A DNA stretch of 41,033 nucleotides from Ilumatobacteraceae bacterium (lineage in GTDB: Bacteria > Actinomycetota > Acidimicrobiia > Acidimicrobiales > Ilumatobacteraceae). The DNA lies in assembly GCA_019090765.1 (NCBI GenBank), contig JAHRVJ010000184.1:1-41033 (forward strand), in the 5' to 3' direction. Below the pieces are notes generated by a model. That model saw only the letters and a program-made list of their open reading frames with translations, was not told the origin of the DNA and did not search any database. Shown piece after piece: positions 17,027-25,772 of this stretch (the first letter of the stretch is position 1; each line of letters begins with the position of its first letter). The position numbers and the translations under genes were made by a program.

Positions 17027-18202
17027 TCAGTGTGGTTCAATCACCAGTTCGAGACGGCTCGGACCACGCATCATCGGGTTGTCGACACGCTTGTACGTCG
17101 CTCCCGGCGCGATCCGGATCGAACTCACGCGTTGTAGTAGAGCCTCGATTGTGAGCCTCACCTCCATCCGAGCGAGCGATGCACCGACACAGAAGTGGAT
17201 CCCATGACCAAACGCGATGTGATCGTGGGTGTTGCCCCGACCTAAGCGGAAGTGATCTGGTTCTTCGAAAACGGTTTCGTCTCTGTTCGCCGAGGTAATC
17301 GAGACGGCCAGCGTCGATTCGGCCGGTATGTCCGCGCCAGCGAACTGTGCGGCATGCGGGCATCTCCGAAAGAGGAACTGGACCGGAGAGTCGAGGCGTA
17401 ACGACTCCTCGATCGCGTCGTCGATGCGTGACGGGTCGTTACGCAGATCGCCGAAGAGCCCCTCGACGGTGGCCATCGAATGTAACAGGTTGCCAATCAG
17501 GTGGGTTGTCGTCTCACTGCCGCCAACGATCACGTTCGTCACGTGGGTCACGATCTCGGTGTCAGAAAATGTCTTGCCGGAATCACCGACGTGGCGGACC
17601 ATTCGCGTAATCAAATCATCGGGCGGATCGGTGGCCCCGCGCCGAGCGATAGCCAGGTCGCGCACATAAGCGGCAAAGTCCTCGGCCGGAGTGACGGAGA
17701 AGTCGCCCGCCGGGTTGAACGCTTCGACAGCGGCGTCGGCCCAGAGACGGAATTGTGGTGCGTCCTCCTCAGGTACTCCGAGCATGTGGGCAATCACGTT
17801 GGTCGGCAGTGGCTTGCCCACGGTCTCGATGGCATCGCCGCCGCCGTGCTCCACCAGGCGGTCCACCAGCATCTCCGCCTGCTCACGAATGTACGGCTCG
17901 GCCTTTCGGAGAGACGAGCGGCCGAGCAGCGAATTGAGCAGCTTTCGGACTTCGGTATGAGCCGGCGGATCGAGTTCTCCGGCGGCAAGTTCTTCGGGGT
18001 CTCGGTCCTCGACCATTGGGGTGAATCCGGCCTGCGGAAATCGCTTGTGGTCGGTCATTGCCTCGGCTGCCTCCGGATGCCGAGTGACCAACCAGACCGT
18101 AGGCATCACTTCGACGGCGGAGGCGTCTTGTCGGAGCTGCGCGAATACGGAGTAGGGATCCTCAAGTTGAGCGGGATCGAACAGGTTGAATTCAACTGAC
18201 AC
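17027..18202 (-). CDS. cytochrome P450
   Basis: Heme-thiolate loop FGHGIHFCVGASLAR, ExxR (EESLRL) and I-helix GGSETTTH. I prefer the GTG at 18202 (GGAG 8 nt upstream, N-terminus VSVEFNLFDPAQLEDPY) over the TTG at 18265. Confidence 0.88.
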   Translation of the reverse strand: MSVEFNLFDPAQLEDPYSVFAQLRQDASAVEVMPTVWLVTRHPEAAEAMTDHKRFPQAGFTPMVEDRDPEELAAGELDPPAHTEVRKLLNSLLGRSSLRKAEPYIREQAEMLVDRLVEHGGGDAIETVGKPLPTNVIAHMLGVPEEDAPQFRLWADAAVEAFNPAGDFSVTPAEDFAAYVRDLAIARRGATDPPDDLITRMVRHVGDSGKTFSDTEIVTHVTNVIVGGSETTTHLIGNLLHSMATVEGLFGDLRNDPSRIDDAIEESLRLDSPVQFLFRRCPHAAQFAGADIPAESTLAVSITSANRDETVFEEPDHFRLGRGNTHDHIAFGHGIHFCVGASLARMEVRLTIEALLQRVSSIRIAPGATYKRVDNPMMRGPSRLELVIEPH

Positions 18203-18303
18203 TTGGTGACTCCATTGCGGACAACCCCATCTCCGATCTGCCCGTCTTGATGACGAGCCAGACAATTAAGACCACACACAACTCGTGTACCGTCAGTCGC
18301 CTC

Positions 18304-18333
18304 GATGATACACTGCGCCCACTTTGTAAAGTG
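18304..18333. promoter_or_regulatory. box C (weakest copy) of the recurrent motif: GATGATACA-N12-TGTAAAGTG
   Basis: Lies in the 194-bp divergent region between the P450 and M24 genes. The right arm is a full match; the left arm keeps only ATACA. Confidence 0.35.
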
Positions 18334-18396
18334 CGTCGTGCCGGTCACCTGGCCGAAACTGGGGCATACGCGCTGATTCAAGGGTGGGGGGACCAA

Positions 18397-19605
18397 ATGA
18401 CCGATATTGATACCGCAATCGATACAAGGGCCATGCAGGCCGAGCGTGGTTCTCGGCTCCGAACGACAATGGACTCGCTCGACCTGGATGCGGTGCTGCT
18501 CAGATACGGACCGAACGTCGACTACGCCTCCGGCCTGCCCACTCCGATCGCCGATTCCAGCCATATCGCGTCCGACCCGTCAGCAGTGCTGGTGATCGCC
18601 TCAGATCCCGTTCCCCATGTCTTCAGCGACTCAGGCGCGATCCCCATCGATATCGACTCGGACCATTCACATCCTCCGCTGGATATCGCTGGCGACGATG
18701 CCGCCGACCGACTCTGGGACGCGATTCGAAGCTGTCTAGGTGACGCTCGGATCTCACTGGGTGTCGACGAACTCACCGCTGCGTTGGCGTGCAACCTCGG
18801 CGGACTCCAGCGTCATACGGATCTGACGGGCGCCGCCACGGTCATGGCAATAGCTCGGTCGTGCAAGAACAGCCACGAAGTGGCGTGCATCGAGAAAGCC
18901 GAGACGATCAACGAACAGGCCGCCGCCGACATCCGAGACCTCCTGATTCCAGGCGCACGACACAATCACGTTGCCGCCGAGTTTGTCTCTAGGGCCCGCG
19001 CCCTTGGAGCAGACGGCAACGTAATCGACCCGATCTTTCATCCCGTGAGGCCGAGGTTGAACGAAGGGCCGTTCACACCTAATGGTGAACCGGCCTTTCC
19101 GCTCCCTGGGTCGGATTACCTCCTGGCCGACGGTGATGTGTGCTGGGTGGACACCGGAATTCTGGTGCACGGATACGCGTCCGACTTCGGCCGCACCTGG
19201 ATCGTGTCAGATGATCCCCAACCGACGGCTGACCAGCACGCCCAGTTCGAACAGTGGCGGGGAGTCGTCGAACGGGTGCTCGAAAAGGTCGGTCCCGGCA
19301 CGACGGGCGCCGAGTTGATGGAAGCAGCTGGGCACGTGCACGGTCGCCGCCCTGTTCTGAACCACTTCTACCTGATCCACGGGATCGGGCTGGAAAGTGC
19401 CGAGATGCCACTCATCGGCACCGATCTTGGGCCGGAGATGGACTCGATGATGATCCTAGAACCCGGCATGGTGTTGGTGCTGGAGCCAGTCATCTGGTCC
19501 GATGGCAGCGGGGGGTACCGCTCCGAAGACATCGTCTTGGTGACCGAAGATGGATATCGGAAACTGAGTGGCGACGACTACTGGCCCTTCCGGAGCGCCT
19601 CATGA
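18397..19605 (+). CDS. M24-family (creatinase/prolidase pita-bread fold) metallohydrolase, metal ligands retained
   Basis: 402 aa from the ATG at 18397. Candidate ligand contexts: CWVDTGILVHGYASDFGRTW (two Asp), IHGIGLE (His), LVLEPV (Glu), YRSEDIV (Glu). Creatinase-like N-domain (LDLDAVLL). Confidence 0.8.
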   Translation: MTDIDTAIDTRAMQAERGSRLRTTMDSLDLDAVLLRYGPNVDYASGLPTPIADSSHIASDPSAVLVIASDPVPHVFSDSGAIPIDIDSDHSHPPLDIAGDDAADRLWDAIRSCLGDARISLGVDELTAALACNLGGLQRHTDLTGAATVMAIARSCKNSHEVACIEKAETINEQAAADIRDLLIPGARHNHVAAEFVSRARALGADGNVIDPIFHPVRPRLNEGPFTPNGEPAFPLPGSDYLLADGDVCWVDTGILVHGYASDFGRTWIVSDDPQPTADQHAQFEQWRGVVERVLEKVGPGTTGAELMEAAGHVHGRRPVLNHFYLIHGIGLESAEMPLIGTDLGPEMDSMMILEPGMVLVLEPVIWSDGSGGYRSEDIVLVTEDGYRKLSGDDYWPFRSAS

Positions 19606-20735
19606 TCAGGCCGGGACCCGAGCAGCTCTCGTCTGCAGCAGTGGACGATGGCACCCCCATCGATTTCAACGAACTCCGTTCGGCTCGGATGCGGAAGGTG
19701 CAATCGGTAATGAGCGATCTGCGAATCGGTCTGCTGCTGCTCGGTGGGGAAGCGAACATCCGCTACGCGGTCGGCGGCCGTCGCCTCTGGACGGCTGGGG
19801 AAAGGCCCTGGGCTCCGACCTGCATCATCTCGGCCTCCGGTGAGGTCCGTTTGATGAGCCAATATGACACTGGGGTACCCCCCGAAGTCTCGCAGGAGAA
19901 TCTCTTCTGTTTGACCTGGAACCCCGCCAACTTCGGTGCGCAGATCGCTGCGGCCGCGAGTGGCGGCATCGAACGTATCGGTCTCGACGGCGCGAGCATG
20001 ACAATGATGGATGTGCTCGATGTAGCAGTACCCGGCGCGACCCTCGTTGATGCCTCGGGCGCCCTCCTGGATGCTCGCTCGTCCAAGCTTCCAGCCGAAG
20101 TCACGCTGCTCGAACTCGCCACTCAACTTGCTGGCGAAGCCTTGCTCGCTGCCAGCCGAACGATCACACCTGGCATAACCATTTCAGAGCTGAGGGGACG
20201 ATTGGAAGCTGCGATCCGTTCGAGATCTGTTTGCGTCCCGGCCGATTCCGACCGACTTGCGCTGCCAGTCCGCAGCGTGTCAGATTTGGTCTCATCGGGT
20301 GACGCAATCGTTATGCGATCCGCCCTGCTGCACGCGGGATACGAGGGAGCCGTCACTCGCACGGCAGTCTGTGGGGCTCCGACTCCCGACCACCGGGCCG
20401 CTGAGCGGGCCTGGCAGCAAGCATGGGAGGCCCTACTGCCGGTCTTTTCGCCCGACCTCGACGGCGCCGGGCTCCACGATGCTCTCGCTGCGATCCCTGC
20501 CGTCGATCTTCGGAAGTCGACGGCCCGCGCGATCGGACTCGGTGTAGAACGAAAGATCGGCGGATCGTTGCATCCCCACGATCCGTTACGGGAAGGTTCC
20601 GTCGTCATGCTCGAATTGACAACTTGCCACGCCGACGCCGAGGTCACCGCTGGCTGCCCAGTCATCGTCGGGCCGAAGGGCGGCGTGACCATGACAACTC
20701 TCCATCCCGCGCCGATCGTTGTCTGCGGCTCGTGA
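19602..20735 (+). CDS. M24-fold paralog with degenerate metal site (candidate non-catalytic partner)
   Basis: 377 aa from the ATG at 19602, in an ATGA overlap with the upstream M24 gene. Equivalent segments read IVMRSALLHAGYEGAVTRTA (both Asp positions replaced) and ARAIGLGVE (His replaced), while VMLELT keeps a Glu. Confidence 0.7.
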   Translation: MIRPGPEQLSSAAVDDGTPIDFNELRSARMRKVQSVMSDLRIGLLLLGGEANIRYAVGGRRLWTAGERPWAPTCIISASGEVRLMSQYDTGVPPEVSQENLFCLTWNPANFGAQIAAAASGGIERIGLDGASMTMMDVLDVAVPGATLVDASGALLDARSSKLPAEVTLLELATQLAGEALLAASRTITPGITISELRGRLEAAIRSRSVCVPADSDRLALPVRSVSDLVSSGDAIVMRSALLHAGYEGAVTRTAVCGAPTPDHRAAERAWQQAWEALLPVFSPDLDGAGLHDALAAIPAVDLRKSTARAIGLGVERKIGGSLHPHDPLREGSVVMLELTTCHADAEVTAGCPVIVGPKGGVTMTTLHPAPIVVCGS

Positions 20736-20825
20736 ATTCGCCTGCCGAAGACCACAACTTGAGGGATCCGATGATCTCACCTCGTCACCAATCCACCATC
20801 AGCCAACCGACATTGCGAGCTTGAC

Positions 20826-22223
20826 ATGACCGACTGGAACCTTTCCACACTCCTTCTCGATCACCCCGCCGAAGACGGCAGCGATCTGCTCCACGGGTCG
20901 AACCGGACATGGACAGCAGGTGAGGCACGTACCGAGGCCCGTGATCTTGCCGGACAACTGCGTGGGGCTGGCGTCGAGCTTGGTGAAGCGGTCGCCGTGC
21001 ACCTTCCTAACGGGCCCGAGGTTGTCATCGCAATGACTGCTATCTGGCTTGTCGGTGCCGTCTTCGTGCCGGTCAACAACCGCCTCCCCGATCCCGAGGT
21101 GGAGCGGATCCTCGCCGACACCGACCCGTCAGTGGTCATCGGCGTCAACGGTTTAGTCGAACGACCTGGCGAACACACGCGCTACGACCCGGGGGTAGCG
21201 CTCGTGCTGTGGACCTCAGGAACAAGCGGCAATCCCAAACCGGTGCTCCACACCCACGCCGCCTACGTGGAGTTGCTCGACCGGGTGCTCGGCCCGCTAC
21301 AGGGTGGCTCCGCCAAGGCGGCGAGGAAACCAGCGGCCAACCTCATTCCTGTCTCGATGGCACTCAATGCCGGTGTCTACAACGCCATGTTCGGGATGCG
21401 GGCGGGGGCCCCACTGGTGATCATGGACCGCTTCTCGGCTCAGGGCTTTATCGAGCTCGTCCAGCGGCACGCGATCCGCTCCAGCGTGCTTCCCCCGGCG
21501 GCAATGAATGAGTTGCTCGACCAGGAGATTGATGATCTCAGCCCGCTGCGGTACATCCGATCGATCACCGCTCCTCTCACCCCGGTATTGGCGCGACGCT
21601 TCACCGAACGATTCGGTGTGATTGTCCTTAATGGATACGGGCAGTCGGAGATCGGCGAGGTGATCGGGTGGACTGCGGCAGATGCGAAGTCCCACCCTGA
21701 CAAGATCGGTGCCGTCGGACGCCCTCACCCCGGCGTTGACATTCGCATCGACGCACCCGACGACAACGGCGTTGGCGAACTGCTGGTCAATCCTCCCAGC
21801 CGGGCAACCGGCTATGCCAGCGACGACGACCTCGCTGACCGTTTGACGGCCGATGGGTTCGTCCGCACCGGCGATCTTGCACGCGTCGACAACGAGGGCT
21901 TCGTCTGGATAGAGGGTCGACTTGGAGATGTCATCAATCGCGGAGGCAATAAGGTTTTCCCGGCTCATGTCGAAGAGGCCCTCATGGCCGTCGACGGTGT
22001 CGTCGACGCGGCGGTCGTCGCTGGCCCCGACGAAAGGCTCGGCGAGATACCGATTGCCTTTGTCGTGACCGATCGCGATGTCAGCGACGATGAGCTCGAA
22101 ACAACTTGCCGTACCCATCTGGCTCCATACAAAGTGCCGGACTCCTATCAACATGTGGAAAGTCTTCCACGCAATGAAATCGGCAAGATCCTGCGTCGCG
22201 ACCTCATCGCCCGACTCGAGTAA
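20826..22223 (+). CDS. AMP-dependent acyl-CoA synthetase/ligase
   Basis: 465 aa. P-loop variant LWTSGTSGNPKPVLH, GYGQSE, and C-terminal APYKVP...LPRNEIGKILR. Confidence 0.85.
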   Translation: MTDWNLSTLLLDHPAEDGSDLLHGSNRTWTAGEARTEARDLAGQLRGAGVELGEAVAVHLPNGPEVVIAMTAIWLVGAVFVPVNNRLPDPEVERILADTDPSVVIGVNGLVERPGEHTRYDPGVALVLWTSGTSGNPKPVLHTHAAYVELLDRVLGPLQGGSAKAARKPAANLIPVSMALNAGVYNAMFGMRAGAPLVIMDRFSAQGFIELVQRHAIRSSVLPPAAMNELLDQEIDDLSPLRYIRSITAPLTPVLARRFTERFGVIVLNGYGQSEIGEVIGWTAADAKSHPDKIGAVGRPHPGVDIRIDAPDDNGVGELLVNPPSRATGYASDDDLADRLTADGFVRTGDLARVDNEGFVWIEGRLGDVINRGGNKVFPAHVEEALMAVDGVVDAAVVAGPDERLGEIPIAFVVTDRDVSDDELETTCRTHLAPYKVPDSYQHVESLPRNEIGKILRRDLIARLE

Positions 22224-22265
22224 CGGGCGTCAGATGGTTCACGTGGCCACACGACCACAACAGCA

Positions 22266-22280
22266 ATCACATCACATCAC
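22266..22280 (+). repeat. (ATCAC)x3 microsatellite inside a CA-rich, G-poor leader
   Basis: Read directly as aATCACATCACATCACaac. It is embedded in the CA-rich tract 22245..22296 upstream of the ligase GTG at 22313. Confidence 0.8.
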
Positions 22281-22312
22281 AACAAAACACACCACGAAGT
22301 GAAAGGACCGAA

Positions 22313-23899
22313 GTGACCGATGCAGCATGGGTGACCATTCCTGAATTGATCGATGACGCGGCGTCGCGTTTTCCCGAAGTAGAAGCGATGGTTGACGGCG
22401 ACGTCCGCTGGACCTTCCCGGAGCTACGCGACGAGGTCAACATTGCAGCTAAGGCCCTCATCGCTAGTGGCGTCAACAAAGGCGACAAAATTGGCGTATG
22501 GGCACCGAATATCTTTGAGTGGGCCGTGGCAGCACTGGGTGTGTACGTCGCGGGCGGTGTTGTTGTCCCAATCAATACGCGCTTCGTCGGCCGTGAGGCC
22601 GCTTACGTGCTCGAACAATCAGAAGCCAAGATCCTGTTCACGGTGACCGATTTCCTGAACTCTGACTACGTCACGATGCTTGACGATGCCGGTCGGCCAG
22701 CCGGGCTGGAGGAGATCATCGTTCTTCGTGGCGCCGTCCCCGATACCGCGACATCTTTCACCGACTTCTTGGCCCGTTCAACACAGGTCACCGATGACCA
22801 ACGTGCCGCGAGGGCCGCGACCGTGACCGGCGACGACCTCTGCCACATCCTGTTCACCTCGGGGACGACCGGCAAGCCGAAGGGCGCGATGCTGATCCAT
22901 TCCGTCATCTGCCGGGCATACCTCGGATGGTGCGACGTGGTCGGTCTAGCTGAAGGCGATCGCTACCTAATCGTCAACCCGTTCTTTCACTCCTTCGGAC
23001 TCAACGCGGGAATCCTCGCCTGTCTGATGAAGGGCGCGACGATGGTCCCTCACCCCGTGTTCGATGTGCCCTCGGTGATGAAACGAATCCCCGAGGAACG
23101 CATCTCGATGTTCCCCGGCCCACCAGCGATTTACCAGACGATCCTCAACTCCCCGGATCTCGATCAGTTCGACATGTCCTCGCTGCGGCTGGCCGTCACC
23201 GGTGCTGCCCCGGTCCCAGTCGAACTCATCGAGCAGATGCGGACCGAACTGCACTTCGAGACGATCATCACGGGTTACGGACTCACGGAGTCGTCAGGAA
23301 TCGCGACAATGTGCAGTGAAGGGGATGATCCCGAAACGATCTCGTCGACATCAGGACGGGCGATCGACGATGTCGAGGTGCAAGTGGTGGACCCGGAGGG
23401 CAATGAGGTTGCAAGGGGTGCACCTGGCGAAGTTGTCATTCGCGGCTACAACCTGATGAAGGGCTACCTCAATGACAAGGCCAAGACGGCCAAAGCCATC
23501 GATGCCGACGGGTGGCTCCACACGGGCGATATCGGGGTGATGGACGATCGCGGGTACATCGACATCACCGACCGCTTGACTGACATGTTCATCAACGGCG
23601 GCTTCAACGCCTACCCGGCCGAGATCGAGGCCGTGATGCTCACCCATCCGGCTATCGGCCAAGTGTCAGTTGTCGGCGTTCCGGATCAGCGCCTCGGAGA
23701 GGTCGGCTACGCATTCGTCGTGACCGCTCCCGAGTCAGACCCGTCCTCCGACGAAGTCATCGGGTGGTGCCGTGAGCAGATGGCCAACTACAAGGTGCCG
23801 CGTCACGTCGAGTTCGTCGAGGCTCTTCCGCTCAACGCCAGTGGCAAGGTACTCAAGTACACGCTCCGCGACGAGGCGAAGACGAAGGTGGCCGAGTAG
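22313..23899 (+). CDS. AMP-dependent acyl-CoA synthetase/ligase (FadD3-like N-terminal pattern, tentative)
   Basis: 528 aa, GTG start with AAAGGA SD. Canonical P-loop LFTSGTTGKPKGAML, GYGLTE, and C-terminal ANYKVPR...LPLNASGKVLK. KIGVWAPNIFEWAVAALGVYVAGGVVVPINTRF resembles my recollection of mycobacterial FadD3; this is not verified. Confidence 0.85.
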   Translation: MTDAAWVTIPELIDDAASRFPEVEAMVDGDVRWTFPELRDEVNIAAKALIASGVNKGDKIGVWAPNIFEWAVAALGVYVAGGVVVPINTRFVGREAAYVLEQSEAKILFTVTDFLNSDYVTMLDDAGRPAGLEEIIVLRGAVPDTATSFTDFLARSTQVTDDQRAARAATVTGDDLCHILFTSGTTGKPKGAMLIHSVICRAYLGWCDVVGLAEGDRYLIVNPFFHSFGLNAGILACLMKGATMVPHPVFDVPSVMKRIPEERISMFPGPPAIYQTILNSPDLDQFDMSSLRLAVTGAAPVPVELIEQMRTELHFETIITGYGLTESSGIATMCSEGDDPETISSTSGRAIDDVEVQVVDPEGNEVARGAPGEVVIRGYNLMKGYLNDKAKTAKAIDADGWLHTGDIGVMDDRGYIDITDRLTDMFINGGFNAYPAEIEAVMLTHPAIGQVSVVGVPDQRLGEVGYAFVVTAPESDPSSDEVIGWCREQMANYKVPRHVEFVEALPLNASGKVLKYTLRDEAKTKVAE

Positions 23900-24411
23900 T
23901 GGATGCATCCGGATTTGGCCTTGCGGTCGGTACGTACGAGGAGGCGCGGGCGATGATTGGCGCGGTCAGTGGCCCTCACTCTGCACAAATTGACGTGTCG
24001 GCTGCCTTGATCAAACTGTTCTGCGCTGCCGTGCAAGATCCCAATCCCCGGTATTGGGACGACGATGTCGAGGGTGGCATCGTGGCGCCTCCGGCGATGC
24101 TGATGACATGGCTGATGCCACTGGAGTGGACGCCGACGGGCCAACGATCGGAGAATCTTCTAGCAGCACAAGTCCCGTTGCCCGGAGAGATTCTGATCAA
24201 TGTCTCCAACGAAGCCGAGTTCTATACCGATGCACGTCCCGGTGACAAACTGTACGTGACGGAGCGTCTCGTCGAAGTGTCGCCGAAGAAGACCACGAGC
24301 GTCGGTAGTGGTCACTTCATCACCACATGCTCGAATTACTACAACCAGCGCGATGAACTGATCGGCGAGATCACCAACGTGATGTTCAGATTCGGAGCAC
24401 CGGAGGCATGA
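23899..24411 (+). CDS. MaoC_dehydrat_N-type hotdog protein (N-terminal half of a split hydratase, ChsH-like)
   Basis: 170 aa. The GTG start overlaps the ligase TAG by 1 nt. KLFCAAVQDPNPRYWDDD is typical of the FAS1-like or MaoC N-terminal hotdog. Confidence 0.7.
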   Translation: MDASGFGLAVGTYEEARAMIGAVSGPHSAQIDVSAALIKLFCAAVQDPNPRYWDDDVEGGIVAPPAMLMTWLMPLEWTPTGQRSENLLAAQVPLPGEILINVSNEAEFYTDARPGDKLYVTERLVEVSPKKTTSVGSGHFITTCSNYYNQRDELIGEITNVMFRFGAPEA

Positions 24412-24836
24412 TGGACCACACCGTTCAAGTGGGCGACGAACTTGCGGAGGTGTCGGATCTGATCACCCGGCGACGGGTCGTGATGAACCCCGGTGTCACC
24501 CTCGACTATTACCCGGGCCATTGGGATCCCGAAACAGCGAAGGCTCAGGGCCAACGCGACATCTTCATCAACACGATGCACTTCATGGGTTTCGTCGACC
24601 GCGTCGCGTTGGAATGGGCCGGATGGAGTAGCCGGTTGTTGCGGCGGAAGATCAAGATGCAGTACTCCATCTGCGCTGGTGACACGATGGTTGCTTCCGG
24701 TTCAGTGCGCGAGGTCGAAGTCGTGGACGGCGCAACTCGCGTCCACATTGACCTCTGGATCCGGAATCAGGACGACGTGCCATGCTGCCTTGCCGACATC
24801 ACGATCGAACTCGGTGCCGTAAGCAGCGACGCCTGA
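24408..24836 (+). CDS. MaoC-like hotdog dehydratase (second half of the split hydratase)
   Basis: 142 aa. ATGA overlap with the preceding hotdog gene. Length and pattern are hotdog-like (YYPGHWDPETAKAQG...INTMHFMGFV). Confidence 0.7.
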   Translation: MMDHTVQVGDELAEVSDLITRRRVVMNPGVTLDYYPGHWDPETAKAQGQRDIFINTMHFMGFVDRVALEWAGWSSRLLRRKIKMQYSICAGDTMVASGSVREVEVVDGATRVHIDLWIRNQDDVPCCLADITIELGAVSSDA

Positions 24837-24882
24837 GTTTCGCCGACACAATCTCCGTTCGATCCTCTGTATCGGACCCACC

Positions 24883-24912
24883 GACTTTACAATGACCCAC
24901 TTGTGTCAACTA
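24883..24912. promoter_or_regulatory. box F of the recurrent motif: GACTTTACA-N12-TGTCAACTA
   Basis: Lies in the 66-nt gap before the crotonase gene. The left arm contains TACAAT (24888..24893). The GTG at 24903 is the last spacer base plus the first two right-arm bases. Confidence 0.5.
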
Positions 24913-25748
24913 GGGTGTCGGGCGTGGAGGAACAGGGGGTACCCAACGACGCTGTGCTCGTTCACGACGTCGACGCTGTCCGTGTGATCGTCATGCATCG
25001 ACCCGACAGCCTCAATGGGCTGAGTACGGAGCTCATCGTCGGGATCGAAACCGCACTCGAAGCCGCCGCTGACGACAATGACGTCGGCGCTGTCGTTCTC
25101 GCTGGCAGTGGAGTCTGTTTCAGCTCCGGTGCTGACTTGGGCCTCGTACGCGATGGGCATGGCAAGTCGCTCGAGCAACTGTGGTCGGAAAACCTGGATG
25201 CCCCACCATCGGGTGATCTCGCCAAACTTGGCGCCAACCGCCTCGCTTTGGCACTTCACGATTTTTCCAAGCCGCTGATCGCAGCCATCGGTGGTGCTGC
25301 TGCAGGCGGCGGAATGGGCCTGGCACTGCTTTGCGACATTCGGCTCGCATCGCCGGACGCCTTCTTCATGACCGTCTTTGCTCGGCTCGGTGTGGCCGCC
25401 GACATGGGCGTCAGCTACACGCTTCCACGCATTGTCGGCCCGAGCATGGCAGCTGAGCTGCTGTTCACGGCGCGGTCCGTCAAGATCGACGAGGCGAAGG
25501 AGATCGGGCTTGTCGACTACGTCGTCTCCGCCGACACGGACCTCCTCGAGGCCGCCGTTGACCTCGGCAAGCGGATCGCCCGGAATCCGGTCGCTGGATT
25601 AGCGGTCATCAAGCAGGCGCTCCGGAACTCGCCGACCGCAACGCTTCGTGAACAGCTCGAACTGGAATGGTCACAGCAGTGTGCGGCCTTCGACGACGAC
25701 GAGACACGCGCCCGAATCGAAGCTGTAATAGCAGGCCTGGAATCATGA
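24903..25748 (+). CDS. enoyl-CoA hydratase/isomerase (crotonase) family protein
   Basis: 281 aa. MHRPDSLNGL and FSSGADLG motifs. The start is uncertain: GTG at 24903, 24915 or 24924 are all in frame. Confidence 0.82.
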   Translation: MSTRVSGVEEQGVPNDAVLVHDVDAVRVIVMHRPDSLNGLSTELIVGIETALEAAADDNDVGAVVLAGSGVCFSSGADLGLVRDGHGKSLEQLWSENLDAPPSGDLAKLGANRLALALHDFSKPLIAAIGGAAAGGGMGLALLCDIRLASPDAFFMTVFARLGVAADMGVSYTLPRIVGPSMAAELLFTARSVKIDEAKEIGLVDYVVSADTDLLEAAVDLGKRIARNPVAGLAVIKQALRNSPTATLREQLELEWSQQCAAFDDDETRARIEAVIAGLES

Positions 25749-25772
25749 TCAACGTCCCCGAGAGGAGCCCGA

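Noticed and set aside
18215-18223. TTGCGGACA, the half-site of the WYL-region palindrome, recurs near the P450 start.
   Set aside because: It is a single 9-mer with no inverted partner nearby. One chance occurrence of a 9-mer in 41 kb on two strands is not surprising.
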